Below the pieces are notes generated by a model, which saw only the letters and a program-made list of their open reading frames with translations, was not told where the DNA came from and made no database searches. From Bacteroidales bacterium (GTDB taxonomy: Bacteria > Bacteroidota > Bacteroidia > Bacteroidales > UBA7960), in the NCBI GenBank assembly GCA_003560165.1, contig PWJC01000139.1:376-64375 (forward strand): a stretch of 64,000 nt of DNA. The letters are read 5' to 3'. Shown in pieces: positions 28,652 to 38,412 of the stretch. Position 1 is the first letter of the stretch; every line of letters starts with the position of its first letter. A program made the translations under genes and the position numbers.

Positions 28652-30217
28652 TCAACTGCCTGGGCGATACTGCCCTTCGGCTGAGGTTTCCCGGTTGCGG
28701 ACATAATCTTCCCACTCCTGCAATACCTGGTGCTTGATGACCCTGGGGAATTTGTTCTGCGCCCCCTCCTTGCCTTTCATCCGCATCCAGTCGTAGAACA
28801 CCGCTGAGGGGAGTACCCTGACCTTCACCTCCCTGATGGCGGCAATGCGTTCGATCCGGTAGTCGTCGTTGAGAATCTTCAGGTTTTCATCGATCCTTTC
28901 CCTGAGCATTGCCGGATCGACCTCGCTGTCGGTCCCGATGAACCATTTGTGCGCAAACATACTCTCGTGCTTGATGCCGGCAACCGTAAACTCCCTTACT
29001 TCGATATTAAGCTGGTCTTCGGCCATTTTGATGGCCATATTCATGTTGTCCACCGACAGGTGCTCGCCGCAGAGGTTCAGAAAATGCTTGGTGCGGCCGG
29101 TGATGACGATTTCGTTCAGTTCGGTGCTGGTAAACCTGATCACATCCCCGATCAGGTAGCGCCAGGCACCGGCACAACTGCTCAGCAGGAGGGCATATTC
29201 CTCTCCTTCTTTCACTTCTGAAATGGTCAGGGCGGTTGCCTCTGGCAGGAGGTTCCAGTCAGGGTCGAAATTTTCGGCCTTAAAGGGCACAAACTCAAAA
29301 AACAGCCCGTTTTCCAGGACCAGTTGCATGCCCTGTGTGTTTGGCCTGCTCTGGAAAGCGATGAACCCCTCCGAGGCCAGGTAGGTTTCGATATAGGTCA
29401 GGGGTTTGCCCAATAACCTGGCGAAACCTTTTTCGTAGGGTGTGAAGGAGACCCCCCCGTGAACAAAGATCGACAGGTTTGGCCAGAGTTCGTGGATGTG
29501 GTTCAGCCGGTAATGGGCAATGATCTTTTCGAGCAGGATCTGCCACCAGGCCGGCACCCCTACAATAACCCCAATGTCCCAGTCCCTGGCCCTGGCCACG
29601 ATCTCGTCGAGTTTGGTGGGCCAGTCGCGTTCTCTGGAAATCCGTTTGCCCGGCTTATAGAAGTGCTGGAACCAGAATGGGATGTTCTTGGTAGTAATGC
29701 CTGAGAGGTCGCCTTCGAAATAGGTTCCGTTGTAGTTCAGGTGGGTGCTGCCTCCGAGCATGAGGATGCCCTTTTCATAAAATGAAACCGGGAACCCGTA
29801 CCTGGCCAGGGAGAAGATCTGCTTCACACTGGTTTTTTTGATGGCCTTAAGCATGGAAGCAGTTACCGGGATTTGTTTACTCGAAGCCTCGGAAGTTCCT
29901 GAACTCAGGGCAAAATACCTGACCCTGCCTGGCCAGCTGACGTAAGCTTCGCCGTTCAGCGTTCTGTACCACCATTGTTTGAACATGGTGTTGTAATCAT
30001 GAACGGGTACCCTTTGCTGAAAAAGCCTGATGGGGTCCCTGCTTTTGACAATGGAAGAAAATCCATACTGTTCGCCAAAAGCAGTGGAGGAGGCTTTTTT
30101 CAATAACTTTTTCAGTTCACGCTCCTGGGCCCGGGCGGCATTGCGGGTATGAAAGATAACAGGCAGCTTGCTTCGAAGGGATATGGCCTGCTTGATAATA
30201 GAACCGAGAATGGGCAT
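28652..30217 (-). CDS. GH3 auxin-responsive-promoter family protein (acyl-acid amido synthetase / ANL-like fold)
   Basis: 521 aa. The N-terminal region (KKASSTAFGEQYGFSSI..FQQRVPVHDYN) and overall layout match bacterial GH3-family proteins common in Bacteroidetes. Confidence 0.8.
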   Translation of the reverse strand: MPILGSIIKQAISLRSKLPVIFHTRNAARAQERELKKLLKKASSTAFGEQYGFSSIVKSRDPIRLFQQRVPVHDYNTMFKQWWYRTLNGEAYVSWPGRVRYFALSSGTSEASSKQIPVTASMLKAIKKTSVKQIFSLARYGFPVSFYEKGILMLGGSTHLNYNGTYFEGDLSGITTKNIPFWFQHFYKPGKRISRERDWPTKLDEIVARARDWDIGVIVGVPAWWQILLEKIIAHYRLNHIHELWPNLSIFVHGGVSFTPYEKGFARLLGKPLTYIETYLASEGFIAFQSRPNTQGMQLVLENGLFFEFVPFKAENFDPDWNLLPEATALTISEVKEGEEYALLLSSCAGAWRYLIGDVIRFTSTELNEIVITGRTKHFLNLCGEHLSVDNMNMAIKMAEDQLNIEVREFTVAGIKHESMFAHKWFIGTDSEVDPAMLRERIDENLKILNDDYRIERIAAIREVKVRVLPSAVFYDWMRMKGKEGAQNKFPRVIKHQVLQEWEDYVRNRETSAEGQYRPGS

Positions 30218-30295
30218 CGGGGCTTTATTGGTTCAACGGGATTTTGGATAATCATTGGATGAATATACAAAAAAAACATCCGAAAACCTCAGGGA

Positions 30296-32020
30296 TTAAC
30301 CCTTTATCCACTCCTTCACCTCTTCGGGCCTGGGTGGCTGGATGTCTATTTTGAGTTTTTTGCGCAAACCGCATAATTGGTTGAATACCTTGTTGGGGTT
30401 GGCCTGCCTCAGTGAGGAAAGGTCGGAATACCCGGCCTGCTTGAGCAGCACGGCCCAGTGTTCGGGAATCCCGGCCCCGGTAAAGCTCTCCGTGGCACTG
30501 GAGGCAGCGGCCGGTTTTTCGGGTCGCATCTGGGGAAAGAAAAGAACGTCTTGTATGCTGGCCTGGTTGGTGAGTATCATGGCCAGACGATCGATGCCGA
30601 TACCAAGGCCGGCTGTCGGGGGCATCCCGGTTTCAATGGCTTTCAGAAAATCTTCGTCCAGCATCATTGCTTCCGGGTCTCCCCGCCTGCCCAGCTCCAG
30701 TTGTTCTTCAAAACGCTGCCGCTGATCGATGGGGTCGTTGAGTTCGCTGAAGGCATTGCAGATCTCCTTTCCGTTGCAGATGGCCTCAAAGCGCTCGACC
30801 AGGCCGGGCTTGCTTCGGTGTTTTTTTGCCAGGGGCGACATCTCTACCGGATAATCGGTGATGAAGGTGGGCTGAATCAAATGTGGCTCGCACTTTTCTC
30901 CGAAGAGTTCGTCGATGAGCTTTCCCCTGCCCATGGTGTTGTCGGTTTCAATCCCGATGCTTTCAGCGAACGCCCTTATCCGGGTTTCGTTCATTTCCGA
31001 TACATCACGGCCTGTGAAATGGGCGATGGCTTCGTACATGGTATACCGTTTCCACGGGCGCCGGAAATCGATGGACTTTTCGCCTACGGTCAACAAGGTC
31101 TTTCCGTGCATCCCCAGCACGATGTTCTCCACCATTTCCTCCACCAGGCCCATCATCCATTCGTAGTCTTTGTAGGCAACGTACAACTCCATTTGGGTGA
31201 ATTCAGGGTTGTGGAAGCGGCCCATGCCTTCGTTGCGAAAATCCTTGGCAAACTCGAAGACCCCTTCGTATCCGCCCACGATCAGCCGTTTGAGGTATAA
31301 TTCGTTGGCAATACGCAAATACAGTGTGGTATCAAGGGTATGATGATGGGTTTTGAAAGGCCTGGCTGCAGCCCCTCCGTAAATGGGTTGCAATACCGGG
31401 GTTTCTACTTCCAGGTAAGCCTGTTTGAGCAAAAAATCGCGCATTTGCTGCATCAGCATGGCCCGCTGCCGGAATACGTTTCTGACCTCCGGGTTGACAA
31501 TCAGGTCCAGGTGGCGCTGCCGGTACCGTTGTTCGGGATCGGTAAAGGCATCGTATACTTTGCCATCCTTTTCCTTGACCACCGGAAGGGGCCGGAGCGA
31601 CTTGCAAAGCAGGGTGAACTCCCTGACGTGGATGGTGGTTTCGCCCATCCTGGTCGTGAACACAAAGCCGTTAACCCCAATGATGTCGCCGATGTCGGTC
31701 AGGCGCTTGAATACCGTATTGTAAAGGGTCTTGTCTTCTCCCGGACAGATCTCGTCGCGGTTGAAATACAACTGTATCCGGCCGCTTTCGTCCTGGATCT
31801 CTGCAAAAGAGGCGTTTCCCATAATGCGGCGGCTCATGATGCGACCCGCAACACGCACATCCTGAAACCCCTTGTTGTCCTGAGGGAAGGCTTCCCTGAT
31901 CTCCCTTGCTGTGGCATTGATGTCAAACGTACGGGCAGGATAGGGATCTATGCCCAGTTTCCGGAGTTCTTTCAATGCATCCCGGCGTATCTGTTCCTGT
32001 TCGCTCAGTTGCTGTTTCAT
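30296..32020 (-). CDS. lysS: Lysine--tRNA ligase (class II) with a ~70-aa C-terminal extension
   Basis: OB anticodon-binding domain plus class II motifs ([14 protein letters not shown]). The extra tail after ..FFPQMRPE contains an HhH-like segment ([21 protein letters not shown]). Confidence 0.95.
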   Translation of the reverse strand: MKQQLSEQEQIRRDALKELRKLGIDPYPARTFDINATAREIREAFPQDNKGFQDVRVAGRIMSRRIMGNASFAEIQDESGRIQLYFNRDEICPGEDKTLYNTVFKRLTDIGDIIGVNGFVFTTRMGETTIHVREFTLLCKSLRPLPVVKEKDGKVYDAFTDPEQRYRQRHLDLIVNPEVRNVFRQRAMLMQQMRDFLLKQAYLEVETPVLQPIYGGAAARPFKTHHHTLDTTLYLRIANELYLKRLIVGGYEGVFEFAKDFRNEGMGRFHNPEFTQMELYVAYKDYEWMMGLVEEMVENIVLGMHGKTLLTVGEKSIDFRRPWKRYTMYEAIAHFTGRDVSEMNETRIRAFAESIGIETDNTMGRGKLIDELFGEKCEPHLIQPTFITDYPVEMSPLAKKHRSKPGLVERFEAICNGKEICNAFSELNDPIDQRQRFEEQLELGRRGDPEAMMLDEDFLKAIETGMPPTAGLGIGIDRLAMILTNQASIQDVLFFPQMRPEKPAAASSATESFTGAGIPEHWAVLLKQAGYSDLSSLRQANPNKVFNQLCGLRKKLKIDIQPPRPEEVKEWIKG

Positions 32021-32046
32021 CGAAATAAGGGGGTTTTAATCATTTG

Positions 32047-32054
32047 CAAAGGTA
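32047..32054 (-). promoter_or_regulatory. Candidate -7 box TACCTTTG for lysS
   Basis: The minus strand reads TACCTTTG, 27 nt upstream of the ATG at 32020. The same octamer precedes gyrB. Confidence 0.4.
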
Positions 32055-32102
32055 ATGATTTGTTCTATTGGTAAAAAGAGCAGCTGGGTAGTCGAAATGT
32101 GC

Positions 32103-32110
32103 TAACTTTG
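32103..32110 (+). promoter_or_regulatory. Candidate -7 box TAACTTTG for rlmD
   Basis: Exact TAnnTTTG match, 47 nt upstream of the ATG at 32157. Confidence 0.35.
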
Positions 32111-32156
32111 CCATGGTTTACATGCAGGGTTTTACCTGCGATCCTGCTGCAATGGC

Positions 32157-33578
32157 ATGGGAAGAAAAGCAAAAAAAGACCTCCCTTTGCTGGAGAAAGT
32201 CGAAATTACCGGCCTGGCTGCCGAAGGCAAGGCCATGGCCAGGGTCAGCGACAAGGTGTTGTTTGTTCCATTTGCTGCCCCTGGCGATATTGCAGACATC
32301 AGGGTAAAAAGGTCCAGACGGCAGTACATGGAAGGGGAGGTGGTCCGCTTCCACAAATATTCTCCTGACCGCACCAAACCCTTTTGCCTGCATTTCGGGG
32401 TATGCGGGGGTTGCAAATGGCAGCACCTTCCTTACCAATGGCAGTTGGAGCAAAAGCAGCAACAGCTAACCGACAGCCTTCGGCGGATAGGTAAAATCGA
32501 CACCGACCGTGTGCATGCCGAGGCGATTATTCCCTCCAGGCAAACCACCTTTTACAGAAACAAGCTGGAATTCACCTTTTCCGACCGCCGGTGGCTGACA
32601 AGAGACAAAATCGATACGGGCCGGGAGATACACAATATGCAGGCCCTTGGCTTTCATGTTCCCGGACAGTACGACAAGGTACTCGATATCGAAAAATGCT
32701 GGTTGCAACCCGAACCTTCCAACCAGATCCGCCTGGCGGTAAAGGAGTTCGCCATCGCTTCGGGCCTCACGTTTTTCGATCTGCGCGCCAACCGCGGATT
32801 GCTCAGGAACCTCATCATCCGGAACACGGAAGCAGGTGAGGTCATGGCCATTGTGGTTTTCGGCGAAGACAGCCCCGGCGGCATCCATAAGATGATGGGC
32901 TTTCTGCATGAGACTTTCCCCCATCTCCATACCCTGGCCTATGTGGTCAACGAAAAAGCCAACAGCAGCCTCGACGGGCTGGACCCCGTTATTTATGCAG
33001 GCCGGCCCTATATGGAAGAAAGCCTCGAAGGGCTGAGGTTCCGGATAGGGCCCAAGACATTCTTTCAGACAAATTCTTCACAGGCCGGGCGATTGTATTC
33101 AGTGGCCAGAGAATTTGCCGGCCTTACCGGCAATGAGGTGGTATATGACCTCTATACCGGAACAGGCAGTCTTGGCTGCTTTGTCGCTTCGGGGGCGAAG
33201 GCCCTGGTCGGCATCGAATACGTGGAAGAGGCTGTGGGCCATGCCCGTTGCAATGCCAGAGTGAACCAGATAGGCAACGCGGCTTTTTTTGCTGGCGATG
33301 TGGCCGGGGTGCTGAATGAGGATTTCATGAAGGCGAAGGGCTTCCCCCAGGTAATCATTGCCGATCCTCCGCGTGCCGGCATGCATCCGGCCGTGCTGCA
33401 GCAGATACTGAAAAGTGGTGCCCGGCGCCTGGTCTACGTCAGCTGCAATCCCGCCACCCAGGCCCGGGATATCGAATTGTTGTCTGCCGCCTACCGCGTG
33501 AGCAGGGCCCGGGCCGTTGATATGTTCCCCCATACCCAGCATGTGGAAAGTGTGGTACTTTTGGAAAAAAAATGCTAA
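32157..33578 (+). CDS. rlmD: 23S rRNA (uracil-C5)-methyltransferase RlmD/RumA family
   Basis: TRAM domain, Fe-S Cys cluster (CLHFGVCGGCKWQH), SAM-binding fold (DLYTGTGS) and catalytic region (VYVSCNPATQARD). Confidence 0.9.
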   Translation: MGRKAKKDLPLLEKVEITGLAAEGKAMARVSDKVLFVPFAAPGDIADIRVKRSRRQYMEGEVVRFHKYSPDRTKPFCLHFGVCGGCKWQHLPYQWQLEQKQQQLTDSLRRIGKIDTDRVHAEAIIPSRQTTFYRNKLEFTFSDRRWLTRDKIDTGREIHNMQALGFHVPGQYDKVLDIEKCWLQPEPSNQIRLAVKEFAIASGLTFFDLRANRGLLRNLIIRNTEAGEVMAIVVFGEDSPGGIHKMMGFLHETFPHLHTLAYVVNEKANSSLDGLDPVIYAGRPYMEESLEGLRFRIGPKTFFQTNSSQAGRLYSVAREFAGLTGNEVVYDLYTGTGSLGCFVASGAKALVGIEYVEEAVGHARCNARVNQIGNAAFFAGDVAGVLNEDFMKAKGFPQVIIADPPRAGMHPAVLQQILKSGARRLVYVSCNPATQARDIELLSAAYRVSRARAVDMFPHTQHVESVVLLEKKC

Positions 33579-33646
33579 TTTGCCGGTAATCTGTTATGCT
33601 TCCGGAGTTCTCATATCCGGCAGTCATCATTGCCCATTGCGATAGT

Positions 33647-34321
33647 ATGAAAAAAGCGTTGGTTATAGGTGCCACTGGTCTGGTCGGCAGCCAATTGGTA
33701 AAAAGGCTTTTGCGGGATGAACGTTTTGGTGAGGTGGAAGCCTTTTTGCGCCGTTCTACCGGGCTCAGTGATCCCGGACTTAAGGAACACCTGGTCGATT
33801 TTGACCGGCCCGAACAATGGCAGCACCTGATAAAGGGCGATGCCCTTTTCTCTGCCTTGGGAACCACCCGCAAAAAAGCCGGCGGGAAACAGGAACAATG
33901 GAAGGTAGACTACCACTACCAGTTTCAGTTTGCCGCTGCGGCAGCCCGGAATGCGGTCCCGGTGCTCGTACTGGTCTCTTCGGTGGGGGCCGATCCGCAT
34001 TCGCGGTTTTTTTATGCCCGGATGAAAGGCCGGCTTGAACAGGATGTAAAAAGCCTGCTGTTCAGACGGCTTGTGATCATACGCCCGGGACCCCTGAGCG
34101 GGCAGAGGGAGGAGCCCAGGCCAATGGAGAAGGCCGGGCTTGCACTGATGGATCTGCTCAACCGGGCAGGCCTGATGAGAAAATACCGGCCCATAGCCGG
34201 CGAAATGGTCGCCAGGGCCATGATCAATGCATGCTTCGACGAAAGAACCGGTGTGATCGTCTATTCGGCAGGCGAATTATTCCCCCTGGCAGAAAGCGGG
34301 GGGGTGTTGCCCGGCGACTAA
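33647..34321 (+). CDS. NAD(P)H-binding oxidoreductase (atypical SDR, HTATIP2-like)
   Basis: Rossmann start MKKALVIGATGLVGSQL at ATG 33647. About 224 aa. Confidence 0.75.
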   Translation: MKKALVIGATGLVGSQLVKRLLRDERFGEVEAFLRRSTGLSDPGLKEHLVDFDRPEQWQHLIKGDALFSALGTTRKKAGGKQEQWKVDYHYQFQFAAAAARNAVPVLVLVSSVGADPHSRFFYARMKGRLEQDVKSLLFRRLVIIRPGPLSGQREEPRPMEKAGLALMDLLNRAGLMRKYRPIAGEMVARAMINACFDERTGVIVYSAGELFPLAESGGVLPGD

Positions 34322-34590
34322 TACCTGATGGTAAAATCGCTGAATTCCCTGTATGTGGCCGCTGAAGTTTCGATATCCGTGACATCGGCCGCCGGAGGCC
34401 CCTGACGGCACCAACCGGCCAACCGTTCCAATTTTGTCTCATCGCCGCTGACCTCTATCAGAACGCTGCCGTCGGGCATATTTTTTACATACCCGCCCAA
34501 GCCAAGCTCCCTGGCCTCTTTTTGAGTCGCTGCGCGGAAATTCACACCCTGAACCTCGCCAAATACCTTGATGCGTTTGGTTTTCTTCAT
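34318..34590 (-). CDS. Acylphosphatase
   Basis: 90 aa from ATG 34590. Has the signature VFGEVQGVNFRAAT and GYVKNMPDGSV. The stop overlaps the upstream convergent gene by 4 nt. Confidence 0.85.
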   Translation of the reverse strand: MKKTKRIKVFGEVQGVNFRAATQKEARELGLGGYVKNMPDGSVLIEVSGDETKLERLAGWCRQGPPAADVTDIETSAATYREFSDFTIRY

Positions 34591-34663
34591 AACAGGTATA
34601 AATTTAAGGAGATTTTTCCGGTCCGTCAAACCGAAGTCATTGCGACAATAGCGCATTTTCATG

Positions 34664-34671
34664 TATATTTG
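34664..34671 (+). promoter_or_regulatory. Candidate -7 box TATATTTG upstream of the peptidase gene
   Basis: Exact TAnnTTTG match. It implies a ~175-nt leader containing the AAAAGTTG repeats. Confidence 0.3.
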
Positions 34672-34702
34672 AAAGCCGGTCGTTGGTGGCCGGTATTTGG
34701 GA

Positions 34703-34740
34703 AAAAAGTTACAAAAGTTGAAAAGTTGAAAAGTTGAAAC
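34703..34740. repeat. Octamer tandem repeat (AAAAGTTA CAAAAGTTG AAAAGTTG AAAAGTTG AAAC)
   Basis: Read directly from the sequence, in the 264-bp gap between the acylphosphatase and oligopeptidase genes. Confidence 0.85.
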
Positions 34741-34854
34741 TCTTACACCCTTAAACCTTGTGGATTTTTTTACTGGTTTTGGGCTACCGCACTGCCTGAG
34801 GGCAGGATAAAGCGACTTTCCAAACTTTTCCCTTATCTAAAAAAAAATTAAAGC

Positions 34855-36969
34855 ATGCAAAACTATGCCTTTTTATTCATGATACTGCTGCCCTTTTTGA
34901 ACAGTTGCGGCCCCGTACCCGGCAACGGCGAGGCCGATCCACCCATTGCTGCCCGGCACGAGACCCTTCTGGTAATGCACGGCGATACCCGGATCGATAA
35001 TTATTACTGGCTCAGGGACATTGAAAACCCGGATGTCATCAGTTACCTGAAAGCCGAAAATGCTTACCTGGAAGCCATGATGGCCCACACGGCCTCACTG
35101 CAGGAGGCACTCTTTGAAGAGATGAAGGACCGGATTAAACAGGATGATGAATCGGCACCCTATTACCTCAATGGTTACTATTATTATGTCCGTTACGAAA
35201 CGGGTGCCGAATATCCCATCTATTGCCGCAGGCAGGGGAGCATGGAGGCTCCCGAGCAAGTGTTGCTGGATGTCAACGAGCTGGCTGCCCCTCATCCGTT
35301 TTACCGGGTGGGCTCATACGACATCAGTCTGGATAACCGCTGGATGGTCTTTACCGCCGATACGGTAGGCCGACGGCAATATACCGTCATACTGAAAGAC
35401 CTTGCTACCGGCCAACTGCGGCCCACCGGCATTTCCTATGCCGGTGGTGATGTGGTTTGGGCCGCCGACAACCACACGGTTTTTTTCAACGCCATTGATC
35501 CGGTCACCCTGAGGTATAACCGCATTCTGCGCTATGATTTCCTTCAGGATGATGAAGCAAAACCCGTGTACGACGAGGGGGATGAAACGTTTTATTACAT
35601 CGGGGTGTCGCGCTCGAAAGACAACCGTTACCTGATGATCAACGCAAACAGCACACTGAGCAACGAAATCTGGTTGCTGGATGCCGGCGATCCGACGGCT
35701 GAATTTCAGGTGTTCCAGCCCAGGCAGCGCGATCTGCGTTACCGGGTATGGTCGTACAACGGCAAGTTCTTTGTTTTGACCAATCATGAGGCAAGGAACT
35801 TCCGCCTGATGGAAACCAGGGAGGAAACTACCGGCATCAATCACTGGCAGGAGGTGATCGCTCACCGCGACGATGTGCTTCTGGAGAATCTGGAGGTGTT
35901 CGAAAATTTCCTGGTGGTACAGGAGAGGGACCGGGGGCTGCGGCAGTTGCGCATTTTGGACATGGTGTCGGGACAGGAACACTACCTGGCCTTTGATGAA
36001 CCGGCATACACCGCCCATATTGGTGTCAACCCGGAGATTTCCACCCCGGTGCTGCGCTACAACTATACCTCCCTGACCACTCCGAACACCACCTACGATT
36101 ACCATATGGAAACCCGCGAAACCACCCTGGTGAAACAGCAGGAGGTGATGGGCGATTTCGCCCCGACCGATTACGAAACCCGCCGCTACGATGTGAGGGC
36201 AAGGGATGGGGTCGATGTTCCCCTGACCATTGTTTACCGCAAGGGAATTGAAAGGGACGGCGACAATCCGCTGTTGCTGTATGCTTACGGATCCTATGGA
36301 TCAAGTGCCGATCCCCGCTTCAACATCAATGCACTGAGCCTGCTCGACCGTGGTTTCATCTATGCCATTGCCCATGTCAGGGGGGGGCAGGATCTGGGCA
36401 GGCAATGGTACGAGGACGGTAAACTGATGAAAAAGAAAAACACCTTCAAGGACTTTATTGATTGTGCCGAATTCCTGATCTCTGAAGAATATACAAACCC
36501 CGCCCGGCTGTTTGCCAGGGGTGGGAGCGCGGGAGGGCTTCTCATGGGCGCTGTGATCAACGAGCGACCGGAACTGTTCAAGGGGGTGATTGCCGCCGTC
36601 CCGTTCGTTGATGTGGTCACCACCATGCTCGACGAATCCATCCCCCTTACCACGGCCGAATACGACGAATGGGGAGACCCCCGCGATAAGGACTTTTACG
36701 GCTATATGCTGTCGTACTCGCCTTACGACAACCTGAGGGAGCAGGAATATCCCCATCTGCTGGTCACTGCCGGTCTGCACGATTCGCAGGTGCAGTATTG
36801 GGAGCCCGCCAAATGGGTTGCCAAACTCAGGCAGTACCATACCGGCGATGCCAACATCTTTTTGTACACCAATATGGAAGCCGGGCATGGAGGGGCCTCC
36901 GGCCGCTTTCAGCGTTTGAGGGAGGTGGCCAGAGAATATGCCTTTTTGCTTGATCTGGCTCCCCGTTAA
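34855..36969 (+). CDS. ptrB: S9 family serine peptidase, oligopeptidase B-like, lipoprotein
   Basis: Lipobox ..FLNSC. The N-terminal propeller begins PPIAARHE..HGDTRIDNYYWLRD..YLKAENAY. The catalytic Ser motif is GGSAGGLLMG, with Asp/His regions near the C-terminus. Confidence 0.88.
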   Translation: MQNYAFLFMILLPFLNSCGPVPGNGEADPPIAARHETLLVMHGDTRIDNYYWLRDIENPDVISYLKAENAYLEAMMAHTASLQEALFEEMKDRIKQDDESAPYYLNGYYYYVRYETGAEYPIYCRRQGSMEAPEQVLLDVNELAAPHPFYRVGSYDISLDNRWMVFTADTVGRRQYTVILKDLATGQLRPTGISYAGGDVVWAADNHTVFFNAIDPVTLRYNRILRYDFLQDDEAKPVYDEGDETFYYIGVSRSKDNRYLMINANSTLSNEIWLLDAGDPTAEFQVFQPRQRDLRYRVWSYNGKFFVLTNHEARNFRLMETREETTGINHWQEVIAHRDDVLLENLEVFENFLVVQERDRGLRQLRILDMVSGQEHYLAFDEPAYTAHIGVNPEISTPVLRYNYTSLTTPNTTYDYHMETRETTLVKQQEVMGDFAPTDYETRRYDVRARDGVDVPLTIVYRKGIERDGDNPLLLYAYGSYGSSADPRFNINALSLLDRGFIYAIAHVRGGQDLGRQWYEDGKLMKKKNTFKDFIDCAEFLISEEYTNPARLFARGGSAGGLLMGAVINERPELFKGVIAAVPFVDVVTTMLDESIPLTTAEYDEWGDPRDKDFYGYMLSYSPYDNLREQEYPHLLVTAGLHDSQVQYWEPAKWVAKLRQYHTGDANIFLYTNMEAGHGGASGRFQRLREVAREYAFLLDLAPR

Positions 36970-37012
36970 TGCAGCAAACCAATAAAACCACTACGTATTC
37001 ACAAAAAAACCC

Positions 37013-37510
37013 ATGCCGATGAAACGAATAGTATGGATCATTTTTTCAGCAACAATGGCTGCCGTGGTCATCTTTTCCTGCCAGACGGATCCCCAAAAGG
37101 AATACGAAACCCGCTGGGCCGGAGAAACCATGGAGGAAATACTTGGCAATATCGAGGAGCAGTTCGGAGGCTTTGACCAAACCATGATGGAGACCGGTTA
37201 CCGCTACAATGAGCTTTACTGGGCCGGCAAGGACGAGAACTGGGGCTATGCCGAATACCAGCTGGATAAAATACTCAGCAGCCTCGAAAAAGGCTTTGTG
37301 CGCAGGCCCGACCGCAGGGCCTCCTCGGCCCAGTTCACAGATCAGGCAGCCCCCCGGCTGATGGAAACCATCGTATCGGGCAGCAGGGAAGCATTCCTGC
37401 AATCCTTCAATCGTTTTGCCAGCAGCTGCAATACCTGCCATGCCATGGAGGAAGTGGGTTTTATCCAGGTCATTGTGCCCGAGTTGCGCACTTCCCTGGC
37501 CGAATTGTAG
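37013..37510 (+). CDS. Putative class II (cytochrome c'-like) c-type cytochrome lipoprotein
   Basis: Lipobox VIFSC. Contains a single heme-c motif, CNTCH, ~25 aa from the C-terminus of a ~140-aa mature protein that looks helical from its sequence. That placement is characteristic of four-helix-bundle class II cytochromes c. The functional call is tentative. Confidence 0.5.
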   Translation: MPMKRIVWIIFSATMAAVVIFSCQTDPQKEYETRWAGETMEEILGNIEEQFGGFDQTMMETGYRYNELYWAGKDENWGYAEYQLDKILSSLEKGFVRRPDRRASSAQFTDQAAPRLMETIVSGSREAFLQSFNRFASSCNTCHAMEEVGFIQVIVPELRTSLAEL

Positions 37511-37622
37511 ACCTGCACCGGCACAGCTGTATGCCAGGCTGCAGTGTTCACATTCCTGACCCCGGCCCGTTGTCGCCACAGAGATCTGAAACCCTGTTGA
37601 ATCCGGTCAAATACCAAACCCT

Positions 37623-37871
37623 ATGCAAGCTTCCGTTGAAATCAGTATGTATCCCCTGGGCAGGGAATATGTGCCCGACATCAGGGATTTTATTGAACGC
37701 ATCAAAAAAAGGGATGGCGTAGATGCCGTGGTGAACGGTATGTCGACCCAGCTTTTCGGGGAGCTTGGGGTACTCATGCAGGCTCTGGCCGACGAAATGG
37801 CTTATTCCTTTGAGACGCACGGCAAGGCGGTGTTTGTCCTGAAGGTCATCAACAGCCACCTGAAACAGTAA
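37623..37871 (+). CDS. MTH1187/YkoF-like (DUF77) thiamine/HMP-binding family protein
   Basis: 82-aa ACT-like fold starting ASVEISMYPLG, which is typical of the family. The stop is directly followed by the next ATG. Confidence 0.7.
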   Translation: MQASVEISMYPLGREYVPDIRDFIERIKKRDGVDAVVNGMSTQLFGELGVLMQALADEMAYSFETHGKAVFVLKVINSHLKQ

Positions 37872-38411
37872 ATGCGCAGGGGCTTGAAACCTACCGGCAG
37901 GATTGCTGTTACCGGGCCCGAATCGACCGGCAAAAGCTGGCTGTCGGCGGCGCTGGCCAGGCATTACAACACCCTGCATGTACCCGAGTACGCCCGCGAA
38001 TACATCGGCAGTCTCAGCCGCGATTACCGGCGTGACGACCTTTACCGTATTGCCTCCGGACAGCTCAGAAGGGAAAAAGACCTGTTGTCCGGTGCTTCCG
38101 CTTTTCTGTTTTGCGACACAGAGCTGATCGTGATCAAGATATGGAGCCTTCACAAATATGGCGAGTGCCATCCGTGGATCCTTGAGCAGATCGAAAAGCA
38201 GCCCTGCGACCTGTACCTTTTGTGCGATGTTGACCTGCCCTGGGAAGAAGATCCGCAGCGGGAACACCCCCAGCTCAGGTCGTATTTTTTTCGTTGGTTC
38301 CGCCGCGAACTGGAAGACTATGGTTTCTCATACTGCATCGTCAGCGGAAGGGGAGAGGAGCGTCTGCGCAATGCCATAAGGTGTACGGATGAATTTTTCA
38401 AAAACCCCTGA
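37872..38411 (+). CDS. NadR-type P-loop kinase (ribosylnicotinamide-kinase-like ATPase)
   Basis: P-loop context IAVTGPESTGKSWLSAALARHYNTLHVPEYAREY, then FCDT (Walker B-like) and a DLYLLCDVDLPWEEDPQRE segment. The pattern matches the NadR C-terminal RNK domain family. Confidence 0.8.
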   Translation: MRRGLKPTGRIAVTGPESTGKSWLSAALARHYNTLHVPEYAREYIGSLSRDYRRDDLYRIASGQLRREKDLLSGASAFLFCDTELIVIKIWSLHKYGECHPWILEQIEKQPCDLYLLCDVDLPWEEDPQREHPQLRSYFFRWFRRELEDYGFSYCIVSGRGEERLRNAIRCTDEFFKNP

Positions 38412-38412
38412 T

